Shown: positions 18,466 through 29,035, counted from the first letter of the stretch. The stretch: DNA of 64,000 nucleotides from Candidatus Obscuribacteraceae bacterium (GCA_044229845.1 JBGASG010000001.1:320001-384000); one strand, 5' to 3'. The notes: generated by a model from the sequence alone, not told the origin. Made by a program: numbers and translations.

Positions 18466-19428
18466 CTAGTCTTCGAGGTAGCCGGCCAGTTTTGACGACC
18501 AGGCGGGCTGCCGCAGCTTGCGGAAGGCTTTGTGTTCGATCTGGCGAACGCGTTCGCGAGTGATGTTGAAAAGGCGCCCAACTTCTTCGAGAGTGCGTTG
18601 GCGACCGTCTTCCAGACCATATCTCAGGTGCATGATATCGCGTTCGCGCGGCGTCAACTGGCTGAGCATGCGGTTAAGGTCTTGACGCATCAATTCTTCT
18701 TCGGTGTTGGCATCGGGCCGCGCCGATTCGTTGTCTTCGATCAGATCGCCCAGATACGTCTCTTCATCGCGATTGAGCGGCATCTCCATGGAGATCGGCT
18801 CGCGATCGGCAGCGATAATTTCCTGCACTTTCGCCACCGAAAGGTCCATTTCCTTAGCCAGTTCTTGCTCGGTCGGCTTGCGTCCGAGTTCTTGAGCCAT
18901 GCGGGCGCTGGTCTTCTTCATCTTGTTGATGGATTCGACCATGTGCACCGGCACGCGAATGGTTCGTGATTTATCTGCCAGACCGCGGCTGATCGCCTGG
19001 CGAATCCACCAGGTAGCGTAGGTCGAGAACTTGAAACCCTTGGTGTGATCGAACTTTTCAGCCGCTCGAATCAGTCCCAGGTTGCCTTCCTGAATCAAAT
19101 CCTGGAAGGGTAATCCGCGGTTGACATATTTCTTGGCGATCGAGATAACCAGGCGCAAGTTAGCCTGAATCAGCTTCTTCTTCGCTTCGCCGTCACCTTT
19201 TGCAATTCTGCGGGCCAGTTCGATCTCTTCATCCGGACGAATCATTTTGACGCGTCCGATTTCACGCAGATACAGTCTCACTGAGTCTTCTGTGAAGCCG
19301 TCTTCTTTCCCCGTCGGGCGTTGAGTTTCCTCATCATCCGACGACATGTTGTCTTCATCCTGATCGAAGAGTTGAACCTCTGACGACCAGTCTTCAGATA
19401 GATCTTCGCTGAGTCTCGAAGAAGCCAA
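18466..19428 (-). CDS. RpoD/SigA-family sigma-70 factor (group 1/2, short region 1.1)
   Basis: [62 protein letters not shown] 9 nt before the TTG start. Confidence 0.95.
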   Translation of the reverse strand: MASSRLSEDLSEDWSSEVQLFDQDEDNMSSDDEETQRPTGKEDGFTEDSVRLYLREIGRVKMIRPDEEIELARRIAKGDGEAKKKLIQANLRLVISIAKKYVNRGLPFQDLIQEGNLGLIRAAEKFDHTKGFKFSTYATWWIRQAISRGLADKSRTIRVPVHMVESINKMKKTSARMAQELGRKPTEQELAKEMDLSVAKVQEIIAADREPISMEMPLNRDEETYLGDLIEDNESARPDANTEEELMRQDLNRMLSQLTPRERDIMHLRYGLEDGRQRTLEEVGRLFNITRERVRQIEHKAFRKLRQPAWSSKLAGYLED

Positions 19429-19748
19429 GGAAAGAAACTCCTGTGAAATGAGATTGCCCGCCGAACTTAGGCTTTCAACCTAGAACCTTTTTACCCACTC
19501 CCAAACATTCTCTAGCAGTCAAGATAAATTTTAAGTTTTGCAACATTGGTCCCGAAACCCAGATAGAAATTCACTTTGCGAGAACAATCGCAGACATTTG
19601 AGCTGGTTGTGCCCTCTGCGATCGCAGTCAGGGAGCCGGGCGAACAAATTATAGTTCTTCTTGATTTCAGGGTGAGGTGTCGCCAATGCAGCTATCCAAG
19701 CTGATCTGGTATATTCAGCCCTCACATTACCAGAGCTAAAGGACTGTC

Positions 19749-19853
19749 ATGACTGCTAAATACAACGCACGCATCAAGAAAAAGCGCAGACTGGCGAAAG
19801 TCAATCGCAAGAAAGCAAAAGTTCGCGAGCAAATCGCCAAGTCGAAGAAGTAA
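19749..19853 (+). CDS. Unannotated 34-aa highly basic peptide
   Basis: MTAKYNARIKKKRRLAKVNRKKAKVREQIAKSKK*. AAAGGA Shine-Dalgarno at 19738-19743; stop lies 3 nt before the trpS TTG. Confidence 0.7.
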   Translation: MTAKYNARIKKKRRLAKVNRKKAKVREQIAKSKK

Positions 19854-19856
19854 CGT

Positions 19857-20897
19857 TTGAGTACGCAGGCGAAGACGCCACTGAAAACCAAACGCATCAT
19901 GTCCGGGATGCGACCGACCGGTCGTTTGCATCTCGGTCACTACTTTGGTGCGCTGAAAAATTGGATCGAGTTTCAGGACAGCTATGACAGCTATTTCTCG
20001 ATCGTCGACTGGCATGCCCTGACCACCAAGTACCAGGATCCGTCCGGTATCCGCCAGGCGATCTGGGAGATTGCCCTCGACTGGCTTTCCGTCGGCATCA
20101 ATCCGGAAGTATCAACTATATATGTCCAATCGGCGATTCCCGAAATTGCTGAGCTGCATCTTTTGTTCTCCATGTTTACGCCTCAAAACTGGGTAGAAGG
20201 CGAGCCTACCCTCAAGGACATGGTGAAGATGCTGGCCAAAGACCCTGAGGAGGCTCGTGACAAAGTCACTTATGGACTGCTCGGTTATCCGGTTTTGATG
20301 ACCGCCGACATCCTGGCTTTTCGTGCCGATCTGGTGCCGGTAGGCAAGGATCAAGAGTCGCATCTGGAATTTGCTCGCGATATCGCACGCCGTTTCAATC
20401 ATCTTTATGGCGAGGAATACTTCCCGGAACCGCAGCCCAAATTTACTACCACACCGCTGTTGCGTGGCGTCGACGGGCAGAAGATGGGCAAGTCGTACAA
20501 CAACGACATCAAGCTGGCTGACACCGAAGACGATACCATCAAGAAAGTCAAGCAGATGATTACGGATCGCACCCGCATCGGGCGCAAGGATCCAGGACAT
20601 GTCGATCTGTGCGAAGTACCCTGGCCGATGTACCAGATCTTCGGATCAGATATAAAGGATCAGGTGAAGACCGAATGTGAATCGGCTGCGATCGGCTGCG
20701 TCGACTGCAAGGTGCGTCTGGGCGGACTGATAAACGAGTTTCTCAAGCCGGTGCGAGAACGGCGCGCGCATCTGGAGAAAAATCCTGATGAAGTGCGCAA
20801 AATTCTTGAATATGGGAATAAAAAAGCGCGCGCGGTGGCACGCGAGACGATCGAGAAGGTCAAGCAGCTTATGGGCCTGGACGTGTGGACGACCTAG
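19857..20897 (+). CDS. trpS: Tryptophanyl-tRNA synthetase
   Basis: SGMRPTGRLHLGH (HIGH-like), YPVLMTADIL, VPVGKDQ, KMGKS. Confidence 0.97.
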   Translation: MSTQAKTPLKTKRIMSGMRPTGRLHLGHYFGALKNWIEFQDSYDSYFSIVDWHALTTKYQDPSGIRQAIWEIALDWLSVGINPEVSTIYVQSAIPEIAELHLLFSMFTPQNWVEGEPTLKDMVKMLAKDPEEARDKVTYGLLGYPVLMTADILAFRADLVPVGKDQESHLEFARDIARRFNHLYGEEYFPEPQPKFTTTPLLRGVDGQKMGKSYNNDIKLADTEDDTIKKVKQMITDRTRIGRKDPGHVDLCEVPWPMYQIFGSDIKDQVKTECESAAIGCVDCKVRLGGLINEFLKPVRERRAHLEKNPDEVRKILEYGNKKARAVARETIEKVKQLMGLDVWTT

Positions 20898-22279
20898 GGG
20901 TTCGTTATTACTTGCGCTTCCTGGAAGGACTGCTCGTCGTTCTCTTCGCCGCCAGTCTGCCTGTTTCACTGACAGCCTCGTGGATTTTGTTTACGGCCGG
21001 TGTGATCACCAGCGTAGTGGTGTTTCTTGTGGAAAAACGCCAGGACGGCGCCACGCCCGCAAAGGCGCAACAGTTCCAGGTGCTCAGCCGTGCGCCCCTG
21101 ACTCTGCCGATGTTTTTGTTTCTTCTGGTCGTCACCGTATCCGGTGCATATAACAGCAGCGGCGGCGCCGACGTCTTTAAGCAGGGATGGCGTTCTCTGT
21201 GGGCTCTGAAGGGCCTGTTTGTCTACTTCTGGGCACGCTGGGTCTTCTCTCGGCACCCGGGCCTTTTGTTTTCAGCCTTGCAGGCGCTTTTGATTGTTGC
21301 CGGTGTGGGCGGAGTCTGGGGCACCATTCAACAAGTATTCAACTTCCATCCGTTCGGCTACCAGTATCTGCAAGGTACCGGCTTCCACGGCGGACCGATG
21401 CCGTTTGCCGGACAGATGCAGCTGTTTTCCATGTTGGCGCTGGCGCTGGTTGCTTGCCGCGGCTATGGCGCCTTCCAGCCCGGTGTGGTGATTTGCGGCA
21501 AGAAACTTTTGCCCGGCGTCCTGCACAAGGCACCGGTGATGGTGCTTGTTTGCCTCTGCAATTGTCTGGGATTGCTGTTTGCCGGCGAGCGCAGCGCCTG
21601 GGCCGGTGGTGTCGCCGGTATCCTGCTTCTGGCAGCGCTTCTGGGACGAAAAATCTTTGGCATCACCATGGCGGCACTGGCGGTGCTGGCTGCCGCAGCC
21701 TGGAACTTCGTGCCCCTGGTGCGCGTGCGCATCGAGTCTCTGTTCAACGGGCAAAGTGATATCAGCGTGCAGGCGCGCCTGATCCTCTGGGAGAAAGCAC
21801 GACTGCTCTGGCAGAAGTCGCCGCTCCTGGGTGTCGGTATTGAAAATTTCCCACCGCAAGCCATGCCGGAGGCGGTGGTGCCCGGACGCTCGTTCGTGCT
21901 CGATCATGCTCACAGCAATTACTTTCACCTGCTGGCCACCACCGGTGCCCTGGGGCTGGCAACTTACGCGGTGCTCTGGATCACGGCGCTGACCAGCGGC
22001 GTGCGCAATTATCTATCCGCTCAAACTCCCCAGTGGCGGGCTTTGTATCTGGGAGTGACGGCCGGCACACTGGCCCTTATGGTCTCCGGGGCCTTCGAAT
22101 ACAACTTCGGCACTTCGCACGTGCGCATCGCCCAGTGGTTTTTGCTTGGCATTCTGGGATTGAGCGCCTATGAAGCGGGACTGGTCGCCGAAGCTTCCTC
22201 ATCGGAGCGCCGTGCCCCTGATACCGCCCCTGGTGATAGTAGCGCCTCTAATCGGTTTTTGACTTCCGCGGCCGACTGA
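20885..22279 (+). CDS. O-antigen ligase (Wzy_C/WaaL) family protein
   Basis: Polytopic; ERSAW, S..ARLILWEKA...SPLLGVG, HAHSNYFHLLATTGALG motifs. Confidence 0.85.
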   Translation: MDDLGVRYYLRFLEGLLVVLFAASLPVSLTASWILFTAGVITSVVVFLVEKRQDGATPAKAQQFQVLSRAPLTLPMFLFLLVVTVSGAYNSSGGADVFKQGWRSLWALKGLFVYFWARWVFSRHPGLLFSALQALLIVAGVGGVWGTIQQVFNFHPFGYQYLQGTGFHGGPMPFAGQMQLFSMLALALVACRGYGAFQPGVVICGKKLLPGVLHKAPVMVLVCLCNCLGLLFAGERSAWAGGVAGILLLAALLGRKIFGITMAALAVLAAAAWNFVPLVRVRIESLFNGQSDISVQARLILWEKARLLWQKSPLLGVGIENFPPQAMPEAVVPGRSFVLDHAHSNYFHLLATTGALGLATYAVLWITALTSGVRNYLSAQTPQWRALYLGVTAGTLALMVSGAFEYNFGTSHVRIAQWFLLGILGLSAYEAGLVAEASSSERRAPDTAPGDSSASNRFLTSAAD

Positions 22280-23673
22280 GGACGACGGCTGGCTTCCAGT
22301 GCGGTGCACGCCGCTACCAGTTCGTCTAGACCGGCAGAAACTTCCGGACGCCGGGAGCGTGGATGCGAGCTCTCCAGTGCGTCAGGATCTTCACCGATCA
22401 AAAGGAAGTAGATCGTGCAGCCGAGCGCATATATGTCGCTTTGCGTGACTGACTTGCCGCGGAACTGTTCCGGTGCGATGTATGCCTGCTTGCCGACCAG
22501 GGTGCCGGTGGCGGTCCCGACAAACTCGTTGGCGGCACCGAAGTCGATTAATTTTATGCCCTCGGTTTCACTTAACACCAAATTGTCCGGCGTCAGGTCG
22601 CGGTGAATGAGCGGCGGATCCTGGTTGTGCAAATACGTGAGTATTTCGCAAATCAAGACCGCCCAGGAGATGATCTGAGCTTCGTCTTGTGCGCCATTCT
22701 GTTTCACCAGTTGGCGCAAGTCCTGACCATTGATATATTCGATCAACAAGTAGTCGCGACCGTCTTCTGTGAAGTTGTCGAACACTTTGGCGATGTGAGG
22801 GTGTCTGAGTCGGATCAGAAAGCGCGCTTCCCGTTGAAACATCTCGCGAGCCTTTGCCCGCATTGCTTCATCACAACTTGCCGGCGTCACAGCCTCTTTT
22901 ATGACGACCAGATCTTTGCCCTGATTCTGAGCCAGGTAAATTGCCGAAAGTCCGCCGAATGCCAGTTGGCGAATAATCTTTAAACGACCTTCGCGCAGAG
23001 TCTTGTTGGGCTCCAGGGGCACGAACGAGGTGGAGGAGAAACGTCGCCCCAGCTCTTCCTCCCACATGGCCGTGTAACTGAGTTGCTTGGGCGTGTTGTT
23101 TGATGCTTGCAGCGATTCATGCAAGACAATCAGGTCAGTGCCGCGCTCAATATGATTGCCCCAGACGTCGGCGGCCAGCAGCAGTTTCTCCAGATCTTCA
23201 TCGGTGAGTCCCTTCATATTGAGAGCAATCTGGCGGCCTTTGTCGAAACTGAAAACCAGTTGTCTCTGTCGCAGGGGCAGCTTCTCGGCACCGGCGATGG
23301 TGAGTGCTGTGACTTCTCCCCAGGTCTTTTGCCGTTCGAAGAAAGCCATCGGAGTGCGGAACAAAAATCGTGGATAGGCGATACCTTCTTTGGTGGCAAT
23401 CAATCTATTGTCGCCGAAGTAGAGTGTGCCTAAAGAGCCCATGAACGTCAGCGCGAAGGCTCCGAACGCTACTTCCCAAAATTCCATTTTGCCGAATGTA
23501 TAGGCAAAGTCGGGCCAGCTGCCGTGCGACAGGCTGATGACGATGCCAATAAATAAAAACACGAGCAGTGCCGGGGCTGAGACTCCCCAGATCGGCAAGC
23601 CCAGCAGCATAGTGCCGAGGGCAATGCGAGCCGCAGTGCTTTTGTAGCGAACGGTCAGCTCGAGCTCGGTCAT
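22168..23673 (-). CDS. Membrane-anchored Ser/Thr (Hanks) protein kinase
   Basis: Two N-terminal TM helices; LAFGGLSAIY, VVIKE, HRDLTPDN, DFG, YIAPEQ. Confidence 0.9.
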   Translation of the reverse strand: MTELELTVRYKSTAARIALGTMLLGLPIWGVSAPALLVFLFIGIVISLSHGSWPDFAYTFGKMEFWEVAFGAFALTFMGSLGTLYFGDNRLIATKEGIAYPRFLFRTPMAFFERQKTWGEVTALTIAGAEKLPLRQRQLVFSFDKGRQIALNMKGLTDEDLEKLLLAADVWGNHIERGTDLIVLHESLQASNNTPKQLSYTAMWEEELGRRFSSTSFVPLEPNKTLREGRLKIIRQLAFGGLSAIYLAQNQGKDLVVIKEAVTPASCDEAMRAKAREMFQREARFLIRLRHPHIAKVFDNFTEDGRDYLLIEYINGQDLRQLVKQNGAQDEAQIISWAVLICEILTYLHNQDPPLIHRDLTPDNLVLSETEGIKLIDFGAANEFVGTATGTLVGKQAYIAPEQFRGKSVTQSDIYALGCTIYFLLIGEDPDALESSHPRSRRPEVSAGLDELVAACTALEASRRPQSAAEVKNRLEALLSPGAVSGARRSDEEASATSPAS

Positions 23674-23676
23674 CGC

Positions 23677-25410
23677 TTACTCCCGCGTTTGCTTCTCTTG
23701 TGCAGCTCTCAGGCGATCGGCGATTTCTGCGACGTTCTGAAAGCGTTCTGCCTGATCGAGAGCGGTGCAGCGGGAGACGATCTCTTCCAATATGATCGGA
23801 GTGTCGTCATTGGCGAGCAGTGGATGTGAACAACTGAGCGGCTCCGGGTCTTTTCCGGTGAGCAAGAAATAAAGCGTCGCTCCCAACGCGTAGATGTCGC
23901 TGCGCGGGGTGGGCTTGCCGCGAAATTGCTCCGGCGGCAGGTATGAATGTTTTCCGACCACGGTGCCGGTGGAGGTGGAGTCGCTTTGCTGAGCGACGTT
24001 GAAATCAATCAGCTTCAGACCCTCAGTGCTGTCGGTAATCAGATTATCCGGCGTGAAATCGCGGTGCACCACGGGCGGTTTCTGCTCGTGAAGAAACTGG
24101 AGAATGTCCAGCATGTTCTCGAGCAGAGGAAAAATTTCATGCGTTGAAAGTGGTCCCTGGCGATTGACCTGGTCCCGCAGGGAAGTGCCTCGAATGTACT
24201 CCAGAACCAGGTAAGCACGGTGGTCTTCGATAAAGTAATCGAGCAGCTTCACGACTTTAGGATGATCGAGAGTCTGCAGCAGTTTGGCTTCGTTCTCGAA
24301 ACGCTCCAACGCTTGTTTGCGTACGGTGCGCTCGACATACACCGGCAAAATGAACTCTTTCAGCACCACTTGATCTGCCGAGTCCGCGTTTTTCAGTCCG
24401 GCCACGGTTGCACTGTATGCGGTGCCTTGCCCGCCGACTCCCAGCTGACGTTCTACGGTGTAGCGTCCACCGTAAAGAGCTGTGCCTTCCGCTACGGGAT
24501 TGAGCCGCTCGCGCTTGGGCGGCGCTGCCAGCGACTCCAGCCAGAGTTCTGTATAGCTGCGTTTTTGTGGAGGTTCGAATACCTGCAAGATCTCCGGATC
24601 GACAGACATCATGCCGGCGTATTTGTCCACAGCTTCCAGCAACCGCTCGCGGTCTAATTGCGCGGTGAGACCAGCCAGCTTCAATTTGAGTGGATGCCCT
24701 TTGCTGTCGAAGGAGATGAGCCAGTTGTCTGCTACCGTTGTTTTTCGAGGTTTCTCCAGCTTGAGACCAGAGAAATCGCTCCAGGGCTTTAATTTGCCGA
24801 TCATTTTCAGAGACCAGAACTGCCAGCGCAGTTTGATGCCCTTTTGTCCGATCAAAATAGCGGTCGGCTGTATTGAAAGGCGGGCGACAACACCGGCTAG
24901 AACCACCATGCTAGACGCTGAAACCATTGCAAAGACGGGGTTGATGAACAGATTATAGAGACCGTTCATGCCTGCGTTGACTGCATAGCCGGTGTTCTGG
25001 AGCAGCAATCCGCCAAAGCCGGCGGAGGCATTCTGGATCAGCTGGGCCAGCCATTTTGGTTCACCGGAGCGAGAGATATAGTCTGCCACGAAGACGCCGC
25101 CGACCAGTAAGGTAATCAGCCCGGCGAGCGGTCCGTAGATGCGCCAGTAAAACTTCTCCTGAGAGGCGAGGAACTTGGCTTGCCGTTGCAGTCCCACATA
25201 TGGGTTGTAGGGAATTTCAATGCCGTCGGCGGTTTCGACAGGCGGCAACTTAACAGCCGGGTAGGCACGTGGCTCGCTCTGCTCCGATGCCCTGACCGGC
25301 AAGGCGCTTTCATGGATGGAAGCTTCCATCTTGCAAAGGAAACGCTCGGCCATCTTGCGTTTCACCATGCCAGAGTACTGCTTGAAGGCTTTTCGGGAGA
25401 ATAATTCCAT
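23677..25410 (-). CDS. Membrane-anchored Ser/Thr (Hanks) protein kinase, paralog of neighbour
   Basis: TM segments; LGVGGQG, VVLKE, HRDFTPDN, DFN, YLPPEQFRGK. Confidence 0.9.
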   Translation of the reverse strand: MELFSRKAFKQYSGMVKRKMAERFLCKMEASIHESALPVRASEQSEPRAYPAVKLPPVETADGIEIPYNPYVGLQRQAKFLASQEKFYWRIYGPLAGLITLLVGGVFVADYISRSGEPKWLAQLIQNASAGFGGLLLQNTGYAVNAGMNGLYNLFINPVFAMVSASSMVVLAGVVARLSIQPTAILIGQKGIKLRWQFWSLKMIGKLKPWSDFSGLKLEKPRKTTVADNWLISFDSKGHPLKLKLAGLTAQLDRERLLEAVDKYAGMMSVDPEILQVFEPPQKRSYTELWLESLAAPPKRERLNPVAEGTALYGGRYTVERQLGVGGQGTAYSATVAGLKNADSADQVVLKEFILPVYVERTVRKQALERFENEAKLLQTLDHPKVVKLLDYFIEDHRAYLVLEYIRGTSLRDQVNRQGPLSTHEIFPLLENMLDILQFLHEQKPPVVHRDFTPDNLITDSTEGLKLIDFNVAQQSDSTSTGTVVGKHSYLPPEQFRGKPTPRSDIYALGATLYFLLTGKDPEPLSCSHPLLANDDTPIILEEIVSRCTALDQAERFQNVAEIADRLRAAQEKQTRE

Positions 25411-25541
25411 CGGAAATCGACAACACCGGGTGCTTCGGCCAACTCTAATCTAGTCTTACCCGATCAGAAGTAAGGCCATACTCTCCTAAAGCCTGAGTTA
25501 TGACTTCTAATTTTGATGTTGTTTAAGGGCAATCCCCGAGA

Positions 25542-27116
25542 CTAGTGCTTGAAGCAGCGCTGGCCGGTGAAGAGCATGGTTATCCCGTGCTTGTCGCAGG
25601 CGGCAATCACCTCATCATCCTTGATGCTGCCACCCGGCTGAATGATGACTTTGATGCCGGCCGCGGCCGCCGCTTCGATGTTGTCGATGTTCGGGAAAAA
25701 GGCGTCACTGGCCAGTACAGCGCCCTTGGCGTTGTCGCCGGCTTGGGTCAATGCGATCTTCACCGAACCCACCCGATTGGTTTGCCCGATGCCGATTCCT
25801 AACGACACGCCGTGGCGCGCTACGAAAATGGCGTTAGAAGTCAGGTGCTTCACCACGGACCAGGCAAACTGCACGTCCTGTTTGTACGATGCGTCAAGCG
25901 CGGCTTTTGTGACGGTTTTGAATGTTTCGACGGTGGCCGGTTCCTCGACATCGCGGGAGACGAGAAAACCGAAGTCGGACAAGTCTTTGAATTGCAGCGT
26001 GTCCAGGGGTGGTTGCTCAAGAGCCGCAGGCGAGAGCTTCAGCACGCGGACGTTTTTCTTCTTGGCGAAAACAGGCATGGCGGCTTCATCGAAGTCAGGT
26101 GCAGCGATGATCTCGACGAAATCGCGGACCAGGCGCTCGGCCAGTTTGGCATCGACCTTGCGGGTGAAGCCGTAAATGCCGCCGAAAGCGGAAACCGGAT
26201 CACAATCGTAGGCCTTTTCGAATGCTGTGGCCGTGTCCTTATCGATGGCGACGCCGCAGGGATTGTTGTGTTTGATGATGCAGGCGGCGTTCTCTTTGGA
26301 GAGCTCCCGCAATGTGCGCAGCAGCGCATAAACATCTACGATGTTGTTGAAGGAAAGCTCTTTGCCTTGCAGCTGCTCGAAGGGCGGAAACGCTTTCGCG
26401 GCTGCCGCGTTCACCGCCGGTGGTGCATACCAGGCAGCAACTTGATGGGGGTTTTCGCCGTAGCGCAGGCTCTGGTGGACGGGCAGTCCAAGCGTCAGAT
26501 GCGGCGGTAATTTTAGCTCCTCACCGTTTTCCGGCTGCGAGATGCGCTCGAGATACCCGGATATTGCCCGGTCATACTCGGAGGTGCGTTTGAACGCCGA
26601 CAGTGCCAGCGCCCGGCGCGCTTGTGGCGACACCTGTCCGCCACCGGACTCCATTTGTTCGAGCGTCGGGCCGTACTGCCCGGGCTCTGACAAAATAACC
26701 ACGCGCTCGTAGTTTTTAGCTGCTGCGCGCAGTAATGTCACACCACCGACATCAATCTGTTCGATCATTTCGCTCTCGGAGAGGTTTTCCTGCAGTTTCT
26801 TCTCAAATGGATAGAGGTTGCAGACCACGTAATCGATTTCCAGAATGTCCAGCTCCGCCAGGCAAGAACGGTCTTCTTGCGAGGGACGAGCCAGCACGCC
26901 GGCGAGCACTTTGGGGTGCAATGTCTTGACGCGTCCGCCGAGAATCTCAGGAAACTTGGTGAGTTCTTCGACTTTCATACACTGGAAGCCGTTCTCCAGG
27001 AGGTATGCGGCAGTGGAACTGGTGCCGATGATGCGCAGCGTGTCGAACTTCTCCAGTCCTTTGAGAAGCTCTTTCAGTCCGGCTTTGTCCGAAACACTGA
27101 CCAGTACCGTTCGCAT
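25542..27116 (-). CDS. purH: Bifunctional AICAR transformylase/IMP cyclohydrolase
   Basis: VSVSDKAG, GRVKTLHP, LRYGENPHQ, KHNNPCG, SDAFFP, RCFKH. Confidence 0.97.
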   Translation of the reverse strand: MRTVLVSVSDKAGLKELLKGLEKFDTLRIIGTSSTAAYLLENGFQCMKVEELTKFPEILGGRVKTLHPKVLAGVLARPSQEDRSCLAELDILEIDYVVCNLYPFEKKLQENLSESEMIEQIDVGGVTLLRAAAKNYERVVILSEPGQYGPTLEQMESGGGQVSPQARRALALSAFKRTSEYDRAISGYLERISQPENGEELKLPPHLTLGLPVHQSLRYGENPHQVAAWYAPPAVNAAAAKAFPPFEQLQGKELSFNNIVDVYALLRTLRELSKENAACIIKHNNPCGVAIDKDTATAFEKAYDCDPVSAFGGIYGFTRKVDAKLAERLVRDFVEIIAAPDFDEAAMPVFAKKKNVRVLKLSPAALEQPPLDTLQFKDLSDFGFLVSRDVEEPATVETFKTVTKAALDASYKQDVQFAWSVVKHLTSNAIFVARHGVSLGIGIGQTNRVGSVKIALTQAGDNAKGAVLASDAFFPNIDNIEAAAAAGIKVIIQPGGSIKDDEVIAACDKHGITMLFTGQRCFKH

Positions 27117-27173
27117 TGTGGGTGTCCTCCTGACTTATGGAATGGGGATTGGGATTGGCAATTGGGCTGCTAT

Positions 27174-28169
27174 CTAATTGGACAGAGAAAAGTTTTTGCC
27201 GGCGATGCGTATTCGCTTCGGCTCGTCAGTCGTGACGCCGATCAGGGCTGCTTCAAAGCCGAGGGTCTGGAAGGTGCGCAGCGTATTGGTTTCGTCGCCA
27301 TCGACGATCACCGCCAAGCCCAGCCCCATGTTGAAGGTCTTGTACATCTCTTCTTCCGGCACGTGCGCTGCGATCAAGTCGAAGACGTGCGGCACCGGCA
27401 GTGGAGTTTGTATATCGAAGCCGACATGGTTGGAGAGGCGCAACAGATTGCGCCAACCGCTGCCCGTCACATGAACGATACCGGTGATTTCGGCGCGATG
27501 TGCGTCGAGCAAATGATTGACTGCTTTCACATAAACATGTGTCGGCTCCAGAAGCAGGCGCCAGTGCGCCACGTCGAGCACTTTGCGCGCCAGTGAAAAT
27601 CCATTAGAGTGGATGCCGCTCGATGCAACTCCGATCACTTTTTGTCCGGGGCGAATGCCTGAGCCCGTGATCAAGCGTTCGCGTGACACATAACCGACTG
27701 CGAAGCCAGCCAGGTCAAAGTGCCCCGGCGCGTAGACGTCAGGCATTTCCGCCGTTTCTCCCCCGGCGAGAATCATACCCGCCAGGTCGCAACCGGCAAT
27801 GATACCGTTAATGATGCTGTCGGCAACGCCTTCTTCCAGGTGTCCGACCGCGAAGTAATCGAGGAACAGGTTGGGCAATGCGCCCACGCAAATCAGGTCA
27901 TTGGCGCACATTGCCACCAGGTCGATGCCGATGGTGTCATACACACCCAGCTCGATGGCCACCAATAGTTTGGTGCCGATACCATCTGTGGTGAGCGCCA
28001 CGCCCAGTGAATCGCTGGATGGATACACACATGCATAGCCTCCGGCAGCCGGCCAGAGCTCTTCGTGACCGCGACGCTTGGCGGCACCCTTCAAGCGGTG
28101 GACGAACGCCTCCGCCATTTCGATATTCACTCCAGCTGCTGCGTATGATTTTGGTTCCATTGATGTCAC
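27174..28169 (-). CDS. purM: AIR synthetase
   Basis: SYAAAGVNI, TDGIGTK, GGETAEMP, SSGIHSNGFSL, TFNMG. Confidence 0.96.
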   Translation of the reverse strand: MTSMEPKSYAAAGVNIEMAEAFVHRLKGAAKRRGHEELWPAAGGYACVYPSSDSLGVALTTDGIGTKLLVAIELGVYDTIGIDLVAMCANDLICVGALPNLFLDYFAVGHLEEGVADSIINGIIAGCDLAGMILAGGETAEMPDVYAPGHFDLAGFAVGYVSRERLITGSGIRPGQKVIGVASSGIHSNGFSLARKVLDVAHWRLLLEPTHVYVKAVNHLLDAHRAEITGIVHVTGSGWRNLLRLSNHVGFDIQTPLPVPHVFDLIAAHVPEEEMYKTFNMGLGLAVIVDGDETNTLRTFQTLGFEAALIGVTTDEPKRIRIAGKNFSLSN

Positions 28170-28187
28170 TCGTTCGGTAACCCTTGC

Positions 28188-29018
28188 TCAGTTGTTGGCC
28201 AGATAAGCGGCGTTTTGCAAAATCTTCAGTCCGTGCGGCACATCGTCAGTGCTGCGCGCCGTGATGCGCAGTTCGCCTGGTTGATCTTTGCGCTCCTTTG
28301 GATCCGCCGGTCGTCCGGAAGTGGGAGCCCCCGGACGCGTCCATGCAGGATGTTGCGTCCAGCGAACAAAAGCCTCCGGATGCGGCATCAATCCAAATAC
28401 GTTGCCCTGTTCGTTGATCAATCCGGCGATGCGATCGAATGATCCATTGACGTCTTCATCGTAGCGCAGCACGCCGTGTTTCTTGACGCGTTGCTTGACC
28501 GCCTCGGTGTCGCCTTCCGCGACCATCAGCCGTCCTTCGCCGTGGCGAATCGGCAAATGCACATCGTCGAGCCCGGCAAGGAACGACGAACGGCTCTCAG
28601 GAGTCGCTTCCAGTCTCACCCAGCGATTGATGAACTTGCCGCCGCTGTTGCCGCACAGCGAAACGCTCCGTTTGGCGTCAGCTGTGGAATCAGGCAAGAT
28701 GCCCAACTGTACCAGCACCTGAAAGCCGTTGCAGATGCCCAGCACCAGATTGCCTTTATCGATGTAACCATAAAGGACGTCCTTGAGTTTTTCCTTCAGT
28801 TTAATTGCCAGCACCTTGCCGCTGGCAATCTCATCACCGAAGGCAAATCCGCCGGGCAGTGCGAGCAGTCTGGTGTTGAGCAGTCGCCCCGGCGTCTCGA
28901 GCAATTCGGAGGTATGCATGCGAGTGGCTTCGAAACCGGCGAGGTTGAGAGCGAATGCGGTTTCGGCATCACAATTGATACCGTCTCCGTACAACACCAG
29001 TGCTTTGGGCTTGCTCAT
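28188..29018 (-). CDS. purQ: FGAM synthase glutaminase subunit
   Basis: GINCD, PGGFAFGD, LGICNGFQ, GLMPHPE. Confidence 0.95.
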   Translation of the reverse strand: MSKPKALVLYGDGINCDAETAFALNLAGFEATRMHTSELLETPGRLLNTRLLALPGGFAFGDEIASGKVLAIKLKEKLKDVLYGYIDKGNLVLGICNGFQVLVQLGILPDSTADAKRSVSLCGNSGGKFINRWVRLEATPESRSSFLAGLDDVHLPIRHGEGRLMVAEGDTEAVKQRVKKHGVLRYDEDVNGSFDRIAGLINEQGNVFGLMPHPEAFVRWTQHPAWTRPGAPTSGRPADPKERKDQPGELRITARSTDDVPHGLKILQNAAYLANN

Positions 29019-29035
29019 TGCTTCTCGTTTCCTCC

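Noticed and set aside
27140..27170. Cyanobacterial STRR-like (CCCAAT) repeats between purM and purH
   Set aside because: Only 3-4 short degenerate copies; could be chance.
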